DNA of 64,000 nt from a virus: IMG/VR virus record IMGVR_UViG_3300020172_002676, positions 39,805-103,804 of that record, one strand, 5' to 3'. This document shows, piece by piece, positions 59,421 to 64,000 of this stretch. The position numbers and the translations under genes were made by a program. Within the stretch, counting starts at the first letter, position 1; each line of letters begins with the position of its first letter. The notes under the pieces are model-generated. The model made no database searches and was not told where the DNA came from. It saw nothing but the letters and a program-made list of their open reading frames with translations.

Positions 59421-59888
59421 ATGAAAACAGTAAAACTAACCGAAACAGATTTAAACAGACTAGTTAAAAAAGTTCTTACGGAACAAGAAGTTGAACTTGC
59501 AAATTATATGTTCTTCTCTAATCTAAAACAAATGAAAAGACAATTAGAGATGATGATGCAAATGGATGAACAAACAGTCAATAACATTCTTGAAAATGGT
59601 CACGATTGGGCTGATGACCATATATCTGAGGCTAAGACAAATATTGACCAAGTTTTTGATTTCTTAAAAAATGAAATGGATAAGGAATCACAATATGTTG
59701 ATTACGAAGAAATGAATGAAGGTAGGAAAAAAACAGGAACTAAGCTTTGTGCTAGGGGTAAATCCGCAGCAAAATCAAAATTTAAAGTTTATCCTTCGGC
59801 ATATGCTAATGGATATGCTGTCCAAGTTTGTAAAGGAACAATGCCAGGTTTAGATGGTAAGAAACATTGCTCTGGTGCATATTGTTAA
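59421..59888 (+). CDS. Hypothetical protein with KLTE leader and C-terminal YPSAYA domain
   Basis: MKTVKLTETDLNRLVKKVLTE; AAKSKFKVYPSAYANGYAVQVCKG. Confidence 0.65.
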   Translation: MKTVKLTETDLNRLVKKVLTEQEVELANYMFFSNLKQMKRQLEMMMQMDEQTVNNILENGHDWADDHISEAKTNIDQVFDFLKNEMDKESQYVDYEEMNEGRKKTGTKLCARGKSAAKSKFKVYPSAYANGYAVQVCKGTMPGLDGKKHCSGAYC

Positions 59889-59953
59889 AAAAAGATAGAA
59901 GAAATATTTTTTTATTAGAATAATTTCACCTATATTTGAAAATAATATAGAAA

Positions 59954-60361
59954 ATGATGAAATTATTAATTCACAAACTGCGACGTTTAACCCAAAAGTG
60001 GTTTATCTCAACTGTAAGGATAACTGCCCCGCGTCAACAAAAATCTCAATATGAAAGAGATTGTATCTCCATTTGTAAAAAATTAATTTTAAAGGAAGAC
60101 ACTATTCTTCTACTAACACCAATTTCTGATAAACGATATATTAGAAATGAGGAAAATCAGATTTTTGTTATATTAGAAAATCATGCGGTTAAAGTTATTA
60201 ACCACATTTATTCGTATACCGTTATTTTAGACACTAACTCGTGGTTAAATGTTGTTAGTATTTTTGACAATGAGGTTGAGAAACGTAGAGACGAATTTGA
60301 AAAAGAAATAACATCAAATATTAAACATTCACTTAAAAACATTTTAACTAAAATACAATGA
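59954..60361 (+). CDS. Hypothetical protein
   Basis: 135 aa; TATATTTG -7-like box at 59931-59938. Confidence 0.65.
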   Translation: MMKLLIHKLRRLTQKWFISTVRITAPRQQKSQYERDCISICKKLILKEDTILLLTPISDKRYIRNEENQIFVILENHAVKVINHIYSYTVILDTNSWLNVVSIFDNEVEKRRDEFEKEITSNIKHSLKNILTKIQ

Positions 60362-60645
60362 AAACAAAACCATTTAAAACTACTTTCTATTTTGGGTTAA
60401 TCCTAATATTTTTCATAAGCTGTTTAGTATCTTTAATTGTTGTGAATGTAAGTCGGTCAACAATTTTTAAACATAAAAAAGAAAAAGTTACTGACACTAT
60501 GATGATTTCATTACCGCCAGAAATTCAGATTATTCACGATACGGTTTATAGAGATAGAGAGGTAATTCCAAAAAAAATTCCAAAGGTATATATCCCAAAG
60601 ATTGTGACTGTAATTGAAGAAAAAGATTCTTTAAATATTAAATAG
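60358..60645 (+). CDS. Small single-pass membrane protein
   Basis: Hydrophobic FYFGLILIFFISCLVSLIVV segment; IHDTVYRD motif. Confidence 0.6.
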   Translation: MKTKPFKTTFYFGLILIFFISCLVSLIVVNVSRSTIFKHKKEKVTDTMMISLPPEIQIIHDTVYRDREVIPKKIPKVYIPKIVTVIEEKDSLNIK

Positions 60646-61330
60646 AATTTTTATATTCGTTAAGAACTGTAGAAATTATATTTCTTAATGATTCATTTTT
60701 TGGTTTGTATGATACCATAGTTGGTTTGTTACCTTTACCAATTTTAGGGTCTTTTTTCTCTTCTCTTCTTTTTTGAGAACATGCTGACTTTTTTTGAGAG
60801 TCTGTCATTTTAGATGCAACCCCTGCGGCTCTACATTTAGGATATCCTTTATCCGACGCTTCAGGTCTACCACACGGTGGGTGTCCCCCACCTTCTTTTT
60901 TTCTGCAAATATTAACCCAAGGACCTTTTGGTTGTGAACTACCTTTTGGAGCTTTCTTTTTACCAAACCAAACTGCTAAATCTTCTTTTAGCTGTCCTAC
61001 TACTTTTTTAATCATTTCTTCAGGATTTTCAACATCATTAATGTTACTACCTTCGTCATCATTTTGACCTGTATAGAATTTTTTTAAGTACATATCCACT
61101 CTAGATAATTTTTCCGTTCTATTTTCAATTTTTTTTCTTTCTTCAGGTGTTTCTAAATAATCACCATCAGCTTCTTCATATGCCAATTCAGCATTCGTAT
61201 ATTTGTATACAGGAGTATTAAATGGTGCCAATTGGTTTGGTAACCATTGTTGTGGAGCAAGAACGATTGGGACTTTAAAATGTCCTGACGAACCTGAACC
61301 TGTAGCTTCACTAATTCCATTTCTTTTCAT
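60638..61330 (-). CDS. Hypothetical protein with C-terminal WF..WV..CGR..YPKCR domain (DUF5872-like)
   Basis: Start MKRNGISE at 61330 after late motif; EDLAVWF..GPWVNIC..PCGR..YPKCR. Confidence 0.6.
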   Translation of the reverse strand: MKRNGISEATGSGSSGHFKVPIVLAPQQWLPNQLAPFNTPVYKYTNAELAYEEADGDYLETPEERKKIENRTEKLSRVDMYLKKFYTGQNDDEGSNINDVENPEEMIKKVVGQLKEDLAVWFGKKKAPKGSSQPKGPWVNICRKKEGGGHPPCGRPEASDKGYPKCRAAGVASKMTDSQKKSACSQKRREEKKDPKIGKGNKPTMVSYKPKNESLRNIISTVLNEYKNSI

Positions 61331-61360
61331 ATACTTAATATAAATATACGAAAACATATT

Positions 61361-61582
61361 ATGAGCAAAGAAAAACAACCGATGGGATTATTATTTGATA
61401 GTGTTGCTTATTATCAACCTGAAGATATTCAATTGTTGGTGGATAATTTATCCTACGAACAATCATTATTTATGATATCACAAGCATTAGAATATGCCCA
61501 CAAAAATGGATTGTATTCATTACAAGAATCAGAATTAATTTCAAAATCATTAAGAGGTTTGGTATTACCAAAAGAACAATAA
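61361..61582 (+). CDS. Hypothetical protein
   Basis: 73 aa ending at terminator. Confidence 0.6.
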   Translation: MSKEKQPMGLLFDSVAYYQPEDIQLLVDNLSYEQSLFMISQALEYAHKNGLYSLQESELISKSLRGLVLPKEQ

Positions 61583-61609
61583 AAAAGGAGTCTCACGGGA
61601 CTCCTTTTT
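61581..61609. terminator. Bidirectional intrinsic terminator
   Basis: AAAAAAGGAGTC-TCACGG-GACTCCTTTTT between convergent genes. Confidence 0.8.
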
Positions 61610-61611
61610 AT

Positions 61612-62355
61612 TTATAACTTATTTCCACAAGATGGACAAAACTTATGACTCTTTTTTGTCTTAGAGCCACATTCAGTACAATAATGTTTAATATCGTCAG
61701 TGGTTTTATTTTTATTATCTAATGGTAATATTTTTAAACTTATTTGATGTGAAACATTGTATTCAAAATTTTGATACGAATTAGTAAATTGTTGTTTTGA
61801 TTTATCACCCTTTTCAACCCTACCTGTTTCAATAGTGTTACTTAAATATGAAGTGTTAACACCAATTGAATTAGATGATGTAAAAGTCATATTACCATTT
61901 GAGTTAGATGTTGTGAAAGTCGGATTAACATAATACGGTAAACCTGTGAATGTATTCACATAATTCCCCAATCTTAATGTTGAACCGTAATTTGGTTGAT
62001 AAGTTTGTTCATTGTAGAACTCAATTCTAACATCCCCGTTTAAATCAATTGCCGTCCTGTTTGCTGACGTATCTTTTACTTCGTAGGTACTGAACTCAAA
62101 CTTGTTATTAGTGTCAAAAAAACGTTCTAAAAACACTCTTTGACCTGGTTTAATGACAATACCACTTGTTGAGATATACTCGCCATTTAGTTTGATTTTA
62201 CAAAGAATAGATTTTTGTGTTGGATTATGAATTTCAAATTCAAAATTGTCTTTGTCGTTAAGAAATACGACGTGTCCATTATAGACCTTTAAACGCGACT
62301 TCTTCTTTGTGATGTGCGCAGTCGGTTTGCCCACTTTAATTGTTGTGTAATACAT
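61612..62355 (-). CDS. Hypothetical protein with C-terminal zinc ribbon
   Basis: C-term YCTECG...FCPSCG; beta-rich N-domain. Confidence 0.7.
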   Translation of the reverse strand: MYYTTIKVGKPTAHITKKKSRLKVYNGHVVFLNDKDNFEFEIHNPTQKSILCKIKLNGEYISTSGIVIKPGQRVFLERFFDTNNKFEFSTYEVKDTSANRTAIDLNGDVRIEFYNEQTYQPNYGSTLRLGNYVNTFTGLPYYVNPTFTTSNSNGNMTFTSSNSIGVNTSYLSNTIETGRVEKGDKSKQQFTNSYQNFEYNVSHQISLKILPLDNKNKTTDDIKHYCTECGSKTKKSHKFCPSCGNKL

Positions 62356-62484
62356 TTTTTTAATTTTAATTTAGTTTTATGACTACGTTACCAATACCTT
62401 TGTATCCGTGAATACTCAACAACTTCTTAGGGCTGGGGACTGATAAACTAAAAATCTAAAAATAAATATATGATGATTTGAAAA

Positions 62485-63174
62485 TTAATAAATGATATTA
62501 TTACCTTTTACTATATTTTCTGTACCCCACATAGGTTGTAAGTTATCTAACGACCAACATTTAGTAAAACTATCATCGTCGACCGACTCAAAATTAAAAG
62601 ATGATATGGGCATTCTATGGTCAACATGCCACTCACCATAATTCTCCCACGTCATACCATCCGTAAACAAATTCTCTAAATGTGAAATCAATTCTTCAGG
62701 TGTATATCTTAGAATGTCAAAGTAATGTTTATTCTTTTCTACATTATTCTCCTTTAATACCTGATATATTGCAGTTCTGAAATTGGCGATTAGTTTATAG
62801 GCGGGGTCACTCGCTTTACGATATCTTTCATAGTCACGTTTGGTTTTACGAATTTTATCTAAATTATTTTCTCGGTATTCTTTAAGATATTTTTTACGAT
62901 ACTCTTTGTTTTCTTCATACCATTTATCGTAATTTTTTCTTTTACGTTCTTTTGTTTCAGGTTTTGATTCGTATTTTTTCATCGCAACTTTTCTACCTCC
63001 AATATTTCTTCTTCCTGATGGTCCAAAAATAATACCACTTTCTTTAAGAATTCTATTAACAGTTTGTTTACTTATACCCGTTTTTATAGATATAGTATGG
63101 GTCCCTAATAATTCCTCATTATACATTTTTAGAATATTGTCTAATTGTTCTTTGTTTAATTCTATTTTCCTCAT
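62485..63174 (-). mobile_element. Free-standing HNH homing endonuclease with N-terminal HTH
   Basis: MTWENYGEWHVDH..P...WSLDNLQPMW..EN..K; start set at MRKIEL; sits just after capsid gene. Confidence 0.85.
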
Positions 63175-63223
63175 AGTTATAAATATAACACATTTAACCG
63201 AAAAACCTATAGTTTTTTTTATT

Positions 63224-63256
63224 AAAAAAAAAAGGGACAATTACTTGTCCCTTTTT
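63224..63256 (-). terminator. Intrinsic terminator after major capsid gene
   Basis: AGGGACAA-TTAC-TTGTCCCT stem followed by long T run on the minus strand. Confidence 0.85.
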
Positions 63257-63277
63257 AGTGTATTTGTTAAAGATTGA

Positions 63278-64000
63278 TTATCTCAATTCTCTTAAGTCAA
63301 ACGTTCTAACACCATCTACAGTAATTCTTCCGTAAAATCTGTTATTTACCATTTTTTTAGCGTATCTAGTCATGATACCTTTGATTGGTGTAAAGTTAAA
63401 CGGATTGTACATTGTAGGAGTTAATTGTAAAGGTACGTACGGTGCGTAGATGTAACCTGTATCTAACAATGATGTTCCTTTATGTCCCATTAACACTTGG
63501 TTAGGTGGGAAGTAAGGGTCACGATAAACTTGGTAACGACCAGCTAAAGTACCTACTCTTTCAATACCCATGTTGTATTGGTCTTGTTCAGGTGCTGCGT
63601 TTGATACGTGGAAATATTCCAAATCATCAAAAATTGCACTGATTTCAGAAGAAACAACAATCCAGTTTGCTCCACCTCTTAAGGTAGATTTGTGGATTTG
63701 AGCTGAAATTTGATTGATAGCGGTAATCAACGTTTGGTTCCAATCTTTTTGAGTGTAGGGTTGTGCACTACCTCCTAGACGTTTCCAACCATTGTAATCC
63801 CATCTTAAGTTCCAAGCAGCACCTTTACGTAAATCTCTTAAGATTTCACGGTCAATTTCTGCCGCAACTTGCTCAGATAATAAAGCAGTTAATTCCGCTT
63901 CAGCATCAATGTTATGGAATGCCGCAACATCTTGAGCCATTTCAGGAGACCATTGTGCTCTTAATTTTCTTTCAGTTACAGAAACTGTTACTGACATTAA
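63278..64000 (-). CDS. Major capsid protein (T4 gp23-like), 5' part outside window
   Basis: RKLRA.WSPE.AQD..A.H.IDAEAEL..LLSE....EIDREI, YAPYVPL, GIMTRYA. Confidence 0.96.
   Translation of the reverse strand, partial: LMSVTVSVTERKLRAQWSPEMAQDVAAFHNIDAEAELTALLSEQVAAEIDREILRDLRKGAAWNLRWDYNGWKRLGGSAQPYTQKDWNQTLITAINQISAQIHKSTLRGGANWIVVSSEISAIFDDLEYFHVSNAAPEQDQYNMGIERVGTLAGRYQVYRDPYFPPNQVLMGHKGTSLLDTGYIYAPYVPLQLTPTMYNPFNFTPIKGIMTRYAKKMVNNRFYGRITVDGVRTFDLRELR

Noticed and set aside
1-64000. Stop-codon reassignment as in some large Bacteroidota phages
   Set aside because: Code 11 gives dense, full-length genes; TAG and TGA appear as real stops at coupled junctions
1-64000. tRNA, rRNA, introns or inteins
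   Set aside because: No cloverleaf-like intergenic sequence seen; polymerase, helicase and capsid fragment appear uninterrupted (no covariance search run)

Overview
A 64-kb, AT-rich (roughly 30% GC by eye) segment of a large T4-like myophage genome, read with the standard genetic code. The host is most likely Bacteroidota: two exact TTTG-N19-TAnnTTTG promoters are present and Shine-Dalgarno sites are largely absent. The window holds tail morphogenesis genes (tape measure, chaperones with a probable frameshift, tube, sheath, neck proteins, central spike), the 3' part of the gp23-like major capsid gene, a family B DNA polymerase, SNF2 helicase, dUTPase, PhoH, a gp55-like sigma factor and two HNH homing endonucleases. 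About 27 kb are two glycan islands (19.7-27.5 kb and 34.0-52.9 kb) with about 14 glycosyltransferase-like genes, 6 methyltransferases and a Gmd/DegT/acyltransferase/FabH module. The best candidate for an undescribed system is phage-encoded protein O-glycosylation of the virion. A GT60-type polypeptide HexNAc transferase and a PLOD-type GT sit directly beside three Thr/Pro mucin-like proteins, and a [S/T]-G-x-T motif is strongly enriched in exposed structural proteins but not in enzymes or the tape measure. Other signals: a family of proteins with (L/I/V)-x-E prohead-protease-type leaders (including a SOD-nuclease fusion, a WYL protein and a HAD protein), a TATTTAT late-promoter motif, and two apparent pseudoenzymes. 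All family assignments come from motif recognition only; no database search was run.
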